From positions 13,578,001 to 13,642,000 of the forward strand of contig CM102285.1 of NCBI GenBank assembly GCA_046563655.1: DNA of 64,000 nucleotides. The letters run 5' to 3'. The notes under the pieces are model-generated. The model searched no databases. It was not told the DNA's origin and worked only from the letters and a program-made list of their open reading frames with translations. The stretch comes from Yuukianura sp. NJ FZ-2021 (Eukaryota). Each line of letters opens with the position of its first letter. Position 1 is the stretch's first letter. Position numbers and translations under genes: made by a program. This document shows positions 25,099-38,200 of the stretch, piece by piece.

Positions 25099-26641
25099 TT
25101 ATTCCAGTTCTTTTGTTGAACTATCATCGCCAGCATCTCCTATGGGTTCGTCGTGGTAGTGATGAGCGATTCCTGACCTTCCTTCAAAAACTGCATCTTG
25201 ACCTTTTTCTGCATCGTCCAGTCCTTTCCAGTTGGTCATCACCCGAACACCTCCAGTAATTAACGATACATCCGAAGATTCGCCAGATTCAAGCTTCACG
25301 TGACTTTGTCCACCTTAAAATCAAAAAATATTTTAGCAATTTTTAGTCTCGGTATCAGAAATCTTTATTGTTTTTCTTGATTTTGGAACCTGGCAGCAGT
25401 AATCGAAAATCTAGAAGATACTCCCCAGTCCAGTTCCGGGCTTTATTCAAGGCCAGTTCCAACTCATAAGGCGTAACGATAGGCTGGAAAAATTCTTTTG
25501 ATTCTAGGATCACAGATTCTGGACAAGACACCAACACAAAGACCTGCAATTTAGACAAATCGTAATTCGATTTCTTTTTTAGATTATTTGTGAAATCATA
25601 CCTCAATGTCTGGAAAGTTGGCCAGTTTCGGTGGAGTTATTTCACCAATAGAAACAATGTAAAACTTTTTCCCAGCCCTTGTAAGTGCTTCTTTGATTTG
25701 GCCAATGATGTTCAAATAATTTTCAACTGCTAAAGTCCCTACAAGTATTCCAACCGTCGCAGCGTCCTTTAGCCTCTCCATGTAATAATTTCTTCTCATC
25801 AGTAGCTTCATTAGATTGCTTTTCCGATCTTCTACTTTCATCGTCTTTGGATCCAGTATTAAAAATTGAGCTTCCGGTAATCGAAAAATGAAGTTGAGTA
25901 AAGTCCTCTCTTGAGTCCCAATATAAAACACTTTCCTAATTTCTTCAGCTTTTCTCGTTGTTGGTATCCTCCTCCCATGTATAATCAACTGATCGTCGAC
26001 AGTAATCGAAGTCCCAGGAATAATCAACTCCGAAATGATCGAAGCGGGATGTGTGGAAGCGATGACTTTGAATATCCGATGAGCGAGTGATTCGTAGATC
26101 ACGTCGTAGAGAATCACCACTTCATCTTCTGGCTGGAAAGTATTCTGGAATATACGAATCGGTTCTTCTTCATTGACCTTCGGTTGTGTAAAGATGTAAA
26201 GAACGGGTATCCTCTGCGTGGCTGATAAACATGAAAGACCAAAGTGTATTACGCAGTCTCCTTGAATGTGTTTGACAGTTTTCTCGTCGACGCAACAGCT
26301 GCCGTAAGTAGTGTCAGCTAAGATGTGGATTCGCTGGCCCAAGCGCTGCTCCAGTATTTTTGCAACCGGAAAGGAATGGATGAGCAATTCATCTGGAAAT
26401 TGAAGACAAACCTGAAATTAAGTTTTCAAAATTTTTACAATCAGAGCCTAATTGGGATCAAAGTTGAAAGTCAGTTTACCTTTTTGAAATCATTTGTTCG
26501 AATCCATTCGGTACATCGTTCAAGTTCGAAAAACGTTTCTAGATCGACATCTTGAAGCAGAATTGGTTCGACGTCTACATGTCGCTCAATCGCTGTCCCT
26601 CCGTCATTGCTAAACGCGTACGCCTTAGAAGAATCGCTCAT
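25099..26641 (-). CDS. DPH2: Diphthamide biosynthesis protein 2
   Basis: AFSNDGGTAIER N-terminus, ILADTTYGSCCVDE, IHFGLSCLS, VGILVGTL, KLANFPDIEVFVLVSCPE, PIVTPYELELALN and GRSGIAHHYHDE. Confidence 0.93.
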
Positions 26642-27077
26642 TTTGAACAAAACAGAATTGTTACAATTAAACATAAACTTAAATAAAAACTGTTTTACTA
26701 GTTCCAAAATCCAAAATCTAATATGTAAAAAAAAATTCTGCAACACCAACACGTGTGAGTTCGATTTTCGCGCTCGCAAATAACGTACAGAAATCCTCAA
26801 CTTTTGCGATGTAATGTGTTGACCTCTGACCCCTAACTTAACAGTTACCTTTTATAAATGTATCATTGTTTCTAACCGTGTTTCTAAATGCTAACAACCT
26901 CACATACACCAAATACCAGCCATCAATTACATTTATACAAGCACTATTTAAAAAAAAGATAGTGAAATGAGAGGTAATCGTACGAAAGGTCACAAGCATG
27001 TTTTTTTTTCAATTTTTATTCAAAACCAGACGTCTGAATGATTTATAAAAATTGTTGGAAGAGGAATCAACCAGTCC

Positions 27078-27606
27078 TTAGTCAAACAGACCTGAAAACA
27101 AAAACAAAACAGTTTGAGATTGACGATCTCAAGTCCGATAAAGTCTAATCAAATTTTACTCTGAAAACAAGTTTTCAGACTAAGATTTCGTTAATTGATG
27201 CTGATTTAACGATCTTACCGAAGCCCATGTCATCGTCAGACCCCTCAGACTCCTCCTTCTTCTTCTCTTCCTTCTTGGCCTCAGCCTTGGTCTCGGCCGC
27301 AGCGGCAGCGGCTGGGGCAGCAGCAGCAGCCGGGGCAGCGCCTGCTCCAGCTCCGACGTTGCTGATCAGCTCCTTGACGTTGAGTCCTTCCAAAGCCTTG
27401 GCAAAGAGACCGGGCCAGTATGGCTCCACATCAACTCCGGCAGCCTTCAAGATGGCAGTGATCTTGTCACCCTAAATATGACCAAATCATGCATTAAGAC
27501 CTTGACAAGATGAAATCATAGAATCTTAGAAGCTTACGGTAATTGTAACGTCGTCATCGGCAAGGATGAGAGCTGCGTAGACACAAGCGAGTTCGCTGTT
27601 GGCCAT
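27078..27606 (-). CDS. RPLP1: 60S acidic ribosomal protein P1
   Basis: Three exons encoding [23 protein letters not shown] / [27 protein letters not shown]...SDDDMGF / GLFD*. Pyrimidine-rich (TCT/TOP-like) leader upstream. Confidence 0.97.
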
Positions 27607-28492
27607 TTTAGTTAGTTTTGAAGGGAAAGTGCAAGTCGCTGAAAAGCCTTAGCTCACAAAGGAGAACAAGCACCTAAGGACGGGATACTTTTCGGTTACG
27701 AAATCGTTAAGATGATGGAAATCCTGGATCAATTGACCTCTCTCGCACACTGATCGTCTGTGTCACCTGTCTGCCTGTACAAAATTTTGGATGAAGTTTC
27801 GGTGCGGTTGAAAACGTGCCTGTACTACCCACGTGGTATTTCCGTACGAATTTTACCGTTTCAAAAGTACCGTTCAAATAACATGGGTGCAATAAAAAGA
27901 TACTCACATCAGCATTACTACCTCGTCGATGGAAACATAGACATGGACATGGACAATGTAAATTGATGACACTCACACGTAACACGTTGCCTTTGATTTA
28001 ACTCCTAATTGCTTTTGTTCAATTAAAATCGTCAAAATATGCCTAATAAGAAGCACTTTCATATTTGTTTTAAAATAAATTTAACTTTATTATTATTACT
28101 GTTAGTTTGTAAATCCTTACAATTTAAATAACCTTCCTGTCCGTTCTTGGTTGTGTACTGGTGGTGGTGGTGCTCTTTGCAGTGGCTTTTAGTGCAATCG
28201 GTGGAATGTAAACAAAAGAAAATTGAAAACAAAACAGTTGATCGGCGATAGGTTTGTTCAATTAAACTTTAATTGAATTGAATGAAACAGATAATCTGTT
28301 TCATGTGAGAGAAAGTACGAAAAATTTAAGTTTTGACTTTGGACAACACCACAGCTGCCTAACATCATCGTGCGAACACTGGAACAGGAAGGAGTAGTCT
28401 TGTAAAACTTTTACAGTAAAAGTAATTATCTTTTGTTAAATTTGGCAACTCTGCATTCTGTCATCAATTAGGAATCGGTCAAGTACATAATT

Positions 28493-29999
28493 ATGTTGAG
28501 TTGCTTCAAAATCGGAAGAACAGCGCAGTGGACTCAACTGCGTCCGGTGATGCAGTTGCAGGTAAATTGAGTTTAAAAAAAACGATAACATATTTTGTAG
28601 TTTGAGAATGTGCGTGTATAGAAGGCATACCCATCTAAAAGTGAACTTTTGTGATTTGATTCAGGTTCCTGCTTGCGTTATTTTTAGCCAGGAAAGAAGT
28701 TTGACAAATGTGAAATCCAAATACCAAATGAAGATGTCACAGAAACATTATCTACCCAAGTGGAAGAAGCTTCGGGGCTTAAAAGTAAGCACTTATTAAA
28801 ATTAAGAACCAATAAAAAATTCAAAGATTGATCAGAATGATAATGGTGTTACTAGGTGGCCAAACTAGACCTTCCAGACCTCCAGAAAGCTAAAGACGAA
28901 GATCCGTACAAACTTACTCCAGAGGAAATCAGATCTAAAATGAAGGAGAAAGGAATTCAACCAGTTCGTCCATGGAATGAAAAGCAAATCGAACTGAGCT
29001 GCACTGCCGAAGTGGCAGAACCTTATATTCCTCCGGAAGGCGACGGAAAGGCTTCAATAATCACAACAGACGTAAGTCGAACACAATTTTATGAATTCCA
29101 TGTGAATTTTGTTTGAAATCGTTTTTTATTTTCTTGTTCCATTTTCAGTTTGCTAAGCAGAGTGTAGTGCGAATTGAAAAAAAGTCAAAGTCAATGCTAG
29201 CAGCTCGTAAGATCCGATCCTACGATGAAGATTTTGATGCCAAGACATTTGCAACCGAGATGGCCACGGATATCTATGTCAAAATGCATGAAGCCATGAT
29301 GACGTAAGATTAGGATTTTTTTTTTCAAAAAATATTTTTTTCTCAAAAATATTTTGCAATCTACTCGAAATTATGAAACTAAAGCTCATCTTATTTTTAA
29401 TAGCAAGGATCAGTATAAAATCGGCGAGTATGCAACCGAGAAAGCATTAGCGGTAAGAAAGGCCTCTAAAAACTCATTTTCTTTGAAAAGATGTCTGAAA
29501 TTGTCCAATTTGTGTTTCACTCTTCTAGGAAATCCTGTACAACTTGGAGCTGAAAACGATGCGCTGGAAGTTTTTGGAGTCCATTGAACCAGCAAGAGTA
29601 GTTCACATTCGATGTGTTGACCTCATTGCCAAAGACAACCTCTTTGCACAAATCACTTGCCGACTCCATACAAAACAGGTATCGATTGCATTGCTTTACA
29701 GAAACGAGCAGACTTATCATCAATCAATTAACGGTTAATCGTTAATTAATTCATCTATTTATTTCAAGACACTCGCCATCTATGATCGGTTCGGTCGGCT
29801 CATGTTCGGAAACGAACTTACACCGAAAGACGTCCTTGAATATGTCGTTTTCGAGAAACATCTAGCGAATATCTATGGATCATGGAGAGTTCACTCCAAA
29901 ATTATTCCAGAATGGAAAGGAACTGGATTTGACATTGACATGAAAAGAACAGTGGTGCGCCCACAACAGCAGCAGGCGACAGCACAAGCTAAAGCGTGA
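28493..29999 (+). CDS. mRpL45: Mitochondrial ribosomal protein L45 (Tim44-like domain)
   Basis: [71 protein letters not shown] and [13 protein letters not shown]. Confidence 0.93.
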
Positions 30000-30306
30000 C
30001 CAGCACATTTCGATGCTGGAGTGAATTGATACTGCCAACCTCTGAAGATGGAGAGTTTGAAAAACCTTAAAACTGGAATTTATTGAAAAATTAAGTAAAT
30101 AGGAGACCCTGTTGTTCTAATTTCTAGAAGAAAAAAAAAACGAGTAGAGAATACGAAAAATTGAGTTAGAAAATTGTACTATACATTACACTTGATGGTG
30201 GGTTTTCCAGGATTTTCATGTTCCACTGCAAGTTGACGATGTAAAGTTTACAGTTTTTGTTTGTTTCACAACAATTTCGGATCGGAGAAGTTATGAACGA
30301 GAGAGA

Positions 30307-32494
30307 TCAAGACCAAATCGGAAGTTTCTGGATAAGTTTCCGCTCTTCGGCAGTTTCATCCCGAGCAATCATCAGAGTATGTGCATATCCACACGCAGTT
30401 TCTTTGATATGAATTCCTAGATCAGCCAGAGGAGCAAAGTGGGTTAATTAGTATTCAATTGATTAATCAACTTTAATTTTACTTAATTTTGAGATTTACC
30501 TTCAAGTGGCTTCACTTCTTGTGGAGTTGTTGACGTTTTTTGTCTGTTTTCTCCGTAGCAAAGTTCTCCGTAAGTGGGAGCCGGTCCCCAAGAAATGACG
30601 CTTTCATCTGCAGCAATCACGATGCTGTAAGTTTAAAATACTTTAAGTTTAAGAAAAAGAACATTTCGATTAATTACAATTTAACATATTTTGATTTAAC
30701 CTCTTGTTGGCGCATGCGATAGAACGGATATTCCATCCACAAAGATCTTGAACCGGTTTGGGATACATCACTGCCTAAGATTCAATTGGTAAATTTGAAG
30801 AGGAGTTTCAAACTAACTGATGATTTAATAAAACTCCTCTTTTTTTTTAAATTTTTTAGAAAATCGTTCATGTCTTACTTCGCCTGCCGGTTTGTTTTGG
30901 CCCCAAAAGTACAGCATTTTGTTGTTATCCGAGGCTAAGCAGAAGGTGGAACCTGCAGCTACTTTCTTTGCCTGGAACCGCATGTTTTCCAGTTGCTAAA
31001 CAAAAAGAAAAAAAAAGTGTGCTTGAAAAGTCCTTTAGAAATGTTAGAGTAGTGTAACTTACCTTCACTTGTCTCGGTACCAACTCATTCTTGGTTTCGG
31101 AGTGTCCCAATCGTCCATATCTAAATCAGATACACATATTTTTATGTTTTTGCGATGAATTTAACTTCTAATTGCGATGAATTTAACAAAAGACTTCTTA
31201 CCCGGCAAATCCCCAAGTGAAGACTCGTCCCTTGGTATCAAACGCAACAACGTGATTGGTTCCACACTTCATGTCGGAAATGACAACGTCTTTGACGCTA
31301 CTGGTGGCTCCGCGGTTCTTTTCTACGAAGGTTGTCACCCTCCGAGGAGTTAGCTCGCAGTTGTAGGAAATCCGTCCTGCCTTTTCCAGCATTTGGCCAT
31401 CAGAATTGTGGCCTCTAGAAAACAAAAAAGATGGAGTTAAATATTATGAAAACGGAAGGAGAATCTATTTTTACTTGAATACTTACAACTGCCCATGTTC
31501 TGGACTTCCAAAAGAAAACATAACACCGGACAAGTCCAAGATGACACTAAACTCTGCGCCGCATGACATTCGAACGATAGGTTTCCCCTTGTAGTTTACC
31601 TAAAAACAGACAGCAGGACATTTAGTAATTTCAATTACTTTTGGATAATCAAGTAATAAAAGCGGTTTACTTTCACAGGGTTGAGTTCGTTCTTTCCCTT
31701 CGTTCCATTCCCTAACTGTCCCATTTTGTTGTCACCGCAAGCTGCATAAACGTGAATCAAAATCAAAATCATCTTCACTCTGGATTTCAGAAACTGGAAT
31801 CAGTGTTTTTAGAATCTGAACTTACCGTAAACTATGCCCTTGTCATTGAGAAACAGAGTATGACCTTTGCCAATGGCTACTTGAACAATCGTTTGGTCTT
31901 CAAGAGCAGATACTAAGGTCGGCTCATATTTTGTCTCAGTATCGCCAACTCCCAACTAAAAACAACGAAAACCCCATTCGTTCACAATTCAACTTGTACA
32001 ACGAAAGAAGTTTTGACATACTTGGCCAGTTTCGTTCCTTCCCCAAGTCATCACACGTCCATCTTCAGTGATCAGTGCTGAATGGCAAGCAACACAGGAG
32101 CTCGCTACGGAACGAACACGTATATTCTTGGACCAGCGATGAGGACCATACAAATTCTGGATAGTTACACCAGGCGGTGGATTCTTGGATATTTTACGTC
32201 CTCCTATGACTTCCCAATTAGTGGCTCCACAAACCAGTAACGTTCCAGCATCCGGTGACAGTTTCTCTTCCTGCAAAGACAATATTTTAGTCAAGCACTC
32301 CACAGCATTGATCATCCATTGGTTTTCAATGTAATTAACATTCAATTAGGATAAAAATATTCATTTCCGGTTACCGATTTAGAATTTCCGTTTCCTTCAT
32401 CCGAAACTTTGGCCTTTTTGTTACCCTCATCGTCCGATTCATCTTCCAGGCTCCGTTTTCCGCTATCAGCAGTGGATTGCTCAGTGTCAGACAT
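30307..32494 (-). CDS. RCC2: RCC2 / TD-60 (RCC1-repeat protein)
   Basis: GTLLVCGATNWEVIG, FGSPEHGQLGHNSDG...YNCELTPRRV, FTWGFAGYGRLGH, YPKPVQDL, SWGPAPTYGEL and STTPQEVKPLEG, across many short exons. Confidence 0.92.
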
Positions 32495-32766
32495 GTTCAA
32501 AAGTAATTAATGGCAGCTGGGACTGTTCAGTAATCAATTAACAAATCACAGTTAAATTTTTTGACAGTTTACAAACTTGAACTTCCACTTCCGTTTAAAT
32601 TTGAACTACGAATCCCCGCCTTTCGCGTAAAACCCAAGCCACTGTCTTTGTTTCCACAAGTCACGTGCCCATTACATAACTAAAATGCTTTTATCATTTC
32701 CTTCATACACAATTAATTATTAATTTAATTGAAGATTAAACGAATTAATCATTTATAATATTTTAT

Positions 32767-33754
32767 TTATGATGCTGCATTTGGATTGTTAGCCGCCACA
32801 GCTTGCCTTCGAGCTTTTTGAAAAGCCTCGATGACTGCTTGGACACTTCGCAGAATTCCATCTGAAGAACTCATTCTTTCCAGAAGAAGTTCCTGACTGC
32901 CAGTATTTTGAGTAGTATTGCCAGTAGCCGATTGGTGAACAATTCGCAGTCGAATTTGTAACGTCCCTGACCCCTCAGTTTCAAAACCAAAGAGATTAAA
33001 GCGATGAGATCCCTAAAGAATGAAAGGTCAAATACTGACATTCTTCATAAATGTTGTTGGAATGTCATTGACATGAACCTGAGCATGACTTGGTGATAGG
33101 ACAGTCCTTGGATCTTGAAGTGACGGACCGATACCCAGGAACAGATCTTTCATTTTATCTGAAACGTTTCCGGAACTTGGTTTCCATGTTGTAAGATTCA
33201 GAAGATAATTTCCGGGATGTGCCGGAAGTGGCTCCATGGCAAATCCTTCATCTCTCAACAATTTTCCGTTCGTTCCAACTACTGAAAAGAGGAGCAGTGG
33301 ACGAAGATCTACAAGATTTTCAAATTTTTCAAAATTTTGTAACTCATTGTCATTTGGACAAAACAATTACTAATATAGCATTACATCGTTCAGAGACTTC
33401 AGTATCTTCCGCAGAATCTTTGCCAGTCACTACGAACTGATTGAAGAATGGATGCGAAAAGTGAGCCACGCCTTCTTTTGTTACGTTTGAACAATGGGTA
33501 GAAATCCCGGGTTCATCCGGTTCATTACTTCCATGTGTCTTCCAATCTAAAACGTAAAGTTAACAATTTTTAAAATGAGTTTTCAAAATTTCGAAATAAA
33601 ACATGAACTGAGTCTTACTTTTTGGAAGCTCTATGTAAAGATGTACGGAAATTGGATATGAGCAGTTGAATCCTTTTCCAGAAACGATTTCTCCGAATAC
33701 TGCTACACAAAGGTCAGAAGGCGCCAGGTCATTGTCCATCATAAAAAATGTCAT
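32767..33754 (-). CDS. MKS1: MKS1-like B9-domain ciliary transition-zone protein (short form, ~257 aa)
   Basis: Exons 33619-33754, 33385-33546, 33079-33308 and 32767-33012 encode FGEIVSGKGF, VAHFSHPF, EGFAMEPLPAHPG, TTWKP, FGFETEGSGTL and the MKS1-type tail VQAVIEAFQKARR. Confidence 0.82.
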
Positions 33755-33918
33755 AGGCTCAAGTCATACATTGTACAAGAATTTATAACTCAATTAGCCA
33801 TACACACAACAATGTAGCACAAAATTTGTTTATGAACGGAACGTAAACTATACATTTGTTTTCATTGCACAGGAAACTTCAAATAAAAAGGAAACCGGAT
33901 ATGCGTGTTGTGAGATGT

Positions 33919-33932
33919 GTATCCATGGATAC
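33919..33932. promoter_or_regulatory. X-box (RFX site) upstream of MKS1
   Basis: Perfect palindrome GTATCCATGGATAC ~165 bp upstream of the MKS1 ATG. RFX X-boxes are typical of ciliary gene promoters. Confidence 0.65.
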
Positions 33933-34191
33933 CAAATTGTATGTTTTCTAATAATAAGAACAATAAAAAAAAATGAATCATTTTCTTCTATTGTTCAAAA
34001 CATTTAAGAAGACACGCCGTGCGTAGTTTGCTTATGCATTGAATTTTTTTACCGCGAAAATTGTATCGCTGGAAAATATGTTTATTTTTAATTTTTAAAA
34101 ATAACAAAAATAAGAAAAGTTTTCCTAATCTTCTAATCATAATTAATTATCTGTTTTTCTAATTAGCGGTAAACAATAATTGTGAGTAGAA

Positions 34192-34798
34192 ATGTCGACA
34201 GCATTGGCAGTACTCCAGAAGACTGCCGCCAAAACCAAACCCATCAGCAGGATGCTGCTTGGGAGATGCTGGCCATCAAAAATACCAAATGCTGCTCGGA
34301 TACTGGTCAAAACACTGGATTTCGACAAAAATCTAAACATGGTAACAAACTAACTTTCAACATCTCTAAATTTCATTGTCGTGTCTGTTAAATTAGTTGA
34401 CTAAACTTTGATTTTTCTTAAACTTTCAGTATTTTCCAAAGTACGATGCTCACATGGCCCATGACCCTGACAAGATTTGTAAAACCGGAGACTTCGTTTT
34501 GATTGAAGAACTTCCTCGTAAACTGACTCGTGACATTACACACAAAGTTCGTCAAGTTGTCTACCCATGTGGAGATGTCACGGATCCAATCACTGGCAAG
34601 AAGTGTGTTCGAAACGAGTACCGAGACGAAATCGAATGGAAAGCCAATCTCTGGGGGAAGAACGACAAAAATCGTTTCGACTACGACAAGGCTCCCCCGA
34701 GAGGGTCACAGGAAGGAGTCAGAGACTTTTCACATAAACCAGGATACAAGAAATGGCACGAATTCCTGGACAGAGACCAACCAGAAGCCACTAACTAA
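34192..34798 (+). CDS. mRpS17: Mitochondrial ribosomal protein S17
   Basis: Two exons encoding MLLGRC...LDFDKNLNM / YFPK...AHDPDKICKTGDFVLIEELP...GDVTDPITGK. Confidence 0.93.
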
Positions 34799-35233
34799 AA
34801 TGACAAGGTAAATTAGTAAACTGAATCTTTATTAACGCTATTATACAACTTCCTACGACAAATTAATTAAAAGTGTTATAAGAGGGGATGCTAAGACAGG
34901 TACACATCGAAACAGCGATGCTTCGGAAATGCTTTTCAGTAAACCATTCACTGGTAGATAAATTAATTTTAGAATAAATCAACTGGGAGGAGCACCTGGA
35001 TCATTTGTTACTAAAATTAATTTTAAAATTAAAATTAATTTTAAATTAGCAAAACCCTTGCTTTGTACAGAATTCAAAAAATAAATCCGGAACCCTCCAT
35101 GATGTGCTGTTTTAGGAAACTAAACTGTATGAAAATCAAAAATGACACTGGAAACCTACCAAATTACTATGCTTATCCTAACTAATCTTGTTAACTAAAT
35201 ATCTAAAACAGTAAACTGAAAGCGTTGAGCTTT

Positions 35234-38200
35234 TTAAACATCCTGGGAACTGTCACCACCTCCAAGCAGTTCCGCCTCCAACTGCCGTGCCATCCATTCA
35301 TTCTCTTGGTCAACATAGGCGTCATTGTCGTCATCTGACGTCTGGTTTGTTAGGTTGAGCATCTCGGCATCACCTATCAACCAAAAAATCGTTAATCAAT
35401 TAACTAATTAACTCAACCTAAGCTTCAAATTAACGTTAATCGACACATACTTGGAAGTGGTTCACCACGACGAAACTTTGTGAACAAGGATTCTTCCTCT
35501 TCCGGTTCATCCTCAGTCGGCGGTAAATCTCTCTTCCGCTTCCGATTTCGTTCCAGATCACCAGAATCTTCGTCATCTGTATTCAAAATAGCATCAACTT
35601 TAACTAATTAACTAATTTGTTAACATTAAGTTTATGATTTACCGGAAGAATCATCTGAAGAAGAGCCTTTGTCGTCATTGTTATATGCTGAGATCCTGTT
35701 ATCGTTAATTGACTCTCGTGTTTTCCTTCTACGCACGACTCTGTCCCGTTTCGGCTGTTCTTCTTCAGCCTCATCGCTGCTACTACCGGACAGCCCACAA
35801 ATGTCATCCACTTCATGATCCATGTCAGCGATTTCATCAACAGAGAAACTCAACAGTGGGTTGATTGTGTCCATGAAGCGTCCGCTGAGTGTCCGAACTC
35901 TTCTAGTTCCAGGCGGCAGAGGCGGTCCTCCGTTGACCATTCCAGCTGTATCCGCAACTTCAACCAACAAAACCAAAATTTGATTTCAAAATTTCAAAAT
36001 CGTGAATGCTTGTCCAATTTTTTGAATTTGGTTATCTCACCTGCATCTTCAGCTAAGAAAGCGTCATCATCTTGTGGTTGTTCTAAATTGGACGAAGCTG
36101 AGCCTTCAGAGTCTCTTTCTCTGGACAAATGAGAAGGTGGGTTGCGGCGGACGGTGGATTTTTTGCACAAGTAAAACAGCCTCTCATCGACATGATCCCA
36201 TCGCTCGGCACAGCACCACAACCAATCAGGAGTGACAATGTGAACGCCCTTGTAACGTCGAGCTTCATTGGTCTTGGCTGTGCCCATTCTGGCTGCGACG
36301 ACATGCGTCGTTGCTGGAATTTCCTTTGACGTTGACGGCTGAGATGCTCGGCGCGGTGGAATGAACTTGTCGGTGACAACGGCTCCAAGGGCCACCGCAA
36401 CGCCATAAGCTCTGCTCAAATCCAGCTTGGCTCCAACCGGAACGACTCCACTGAAGACAATACTGCAACCCTGTTAAAAAACGTTTTTCCAACGATTTAG
36501 CAACGTTTTAGAAACGATTCAGGTTAAAATTTTTAAAACGACCTTGCGTCTTACCTTCAAAACGTTTTTCCTGATTGATGGAATAATTTCTTTGACATTC
36601 GGTAGCTTGTCGCCAGTACTGCTTAGCTTGTCATACTCGCTATAGAAAGCCCCATGAATTCGTTTCAGAATATCTTCAAGGTACATCAAGTAGTCGTCCG
36701 CATCCGGAAGTAAAAACTGCTTCTCCTCTTCACTCATTTCCTTCTCAGCCTTTGCTTCCAGTACTGGCTTGGCCGAATCAATTTCTTCCGGTTGTGCTGG
36801 AATTTTGGCTTCCTCTGCAGCAACTTCTTCGGATTTCACAGTTTCTTCACTTTTTTTAACTTCGGCATCAGCAATTTTCACTTTAATCTCCTCCTTTACC
36901 TCAACTTTTTCTCCAGCACTTTCTCCACCACTGGATGCTGTTTCTGCTAGAGTAGAAGTTACCGTAGCATCTTCTTTTTGACCAGCAGCTTTTTCTTTCA
37001 CTCCGTCCTCTTCTTCATCAAAAACATGCGGTACGTCTGGTTTTGGAGTTGATACTTCAGTGGGGTCGGAAGACGAAGACGAATCGGAGTCACCGTCATC
37101 TTTGCCTGTTGAATTGTCGCTTTCATCGGTAAGCTGAAGGTCATTGGACACAGTCTCCTTGGCGGTGGAAGCATTAGCGTTATTGGCTTCTTTCACTAAT
37201 AAATCTGTAGTGGAATCAGCTTCGGCGACTTTCGGCTGCTCTTCGGGTGGATCCGAAGGTTTCGTAAGTTGTTTGACTCCGCCTCCAGAAAAATCGAATC
37301 CAGTTTTGTTGTCGTCTTCTTTCTTGGAGAGAGCAGGAGGAGCATTAATGTCTCCAGTTTTGGAGAAAAAGTGGTACGGTTTCACATGAATCAAATTCGG
37401 AGTAAAGTTCCAAACGTCTTCTCGATCGTCGATTATACAAACCTGAAGTGCAAAAAATTTTGATTACAGCAAGAAATTATGAAATTATGAAGCTCAAAGT
37501 TGAAATTATGTAGTTCAAAATTGAAATTTTGAAATACCATGTGATCTCCAGATGGAAACAGATCGAGAAGATTGGCTGTCTTTGAATTTTGGTTGAAACA
37601 TTCGTCTCTCGACAGAATCCGAATGTAGAACAGCTTCCCGTCGGGGTCAAGGTGACGAGCAATTGCATGAGCGTAGTTTCTGGATCCGAATGTGCAGATA
37701 TGCAGTTCATACATTTTGGAAATGTTGTCCAGGAACGCACGCGTTCCAGGGCGGAGTCTCGTGTTGTAAGTCAATGAACTGCCTTGGAGCCGGAAGCGAA
37801 ACACGTCCTGAAACATGCGTTAGCGTGTTCGTTAATCACAAACTGTATCCTTAATTACTAGTTTTATGCGACCATACGTTTACAAAAGATGGCACTTCCA
37901 TGTTCGTGGTATGAATAAGTGTCTGATCCAAATCCACGAGTAAATGCAGTTTCCGCTGCTTCAGTAACCGGTTCTCTTCGGTTTTACTGATCTCCTTAGC
38001 CTCCTTGATGCTACATTTCAAATCCGGAACAGTGTGGATCATGGACACAGAGGCTCCAGTTGGTTTAGCGTTGTCTTCTAACTTCCGAAAGTCAATTCCA
38101 CACAAAGCGCATAAATCAGTGATGATTGTTGAATGTGAACATTCTTCCAGGGCCATCAACGGAGACCTGAAAGGAAAAAAACGCATCAGAATCCATAAAT

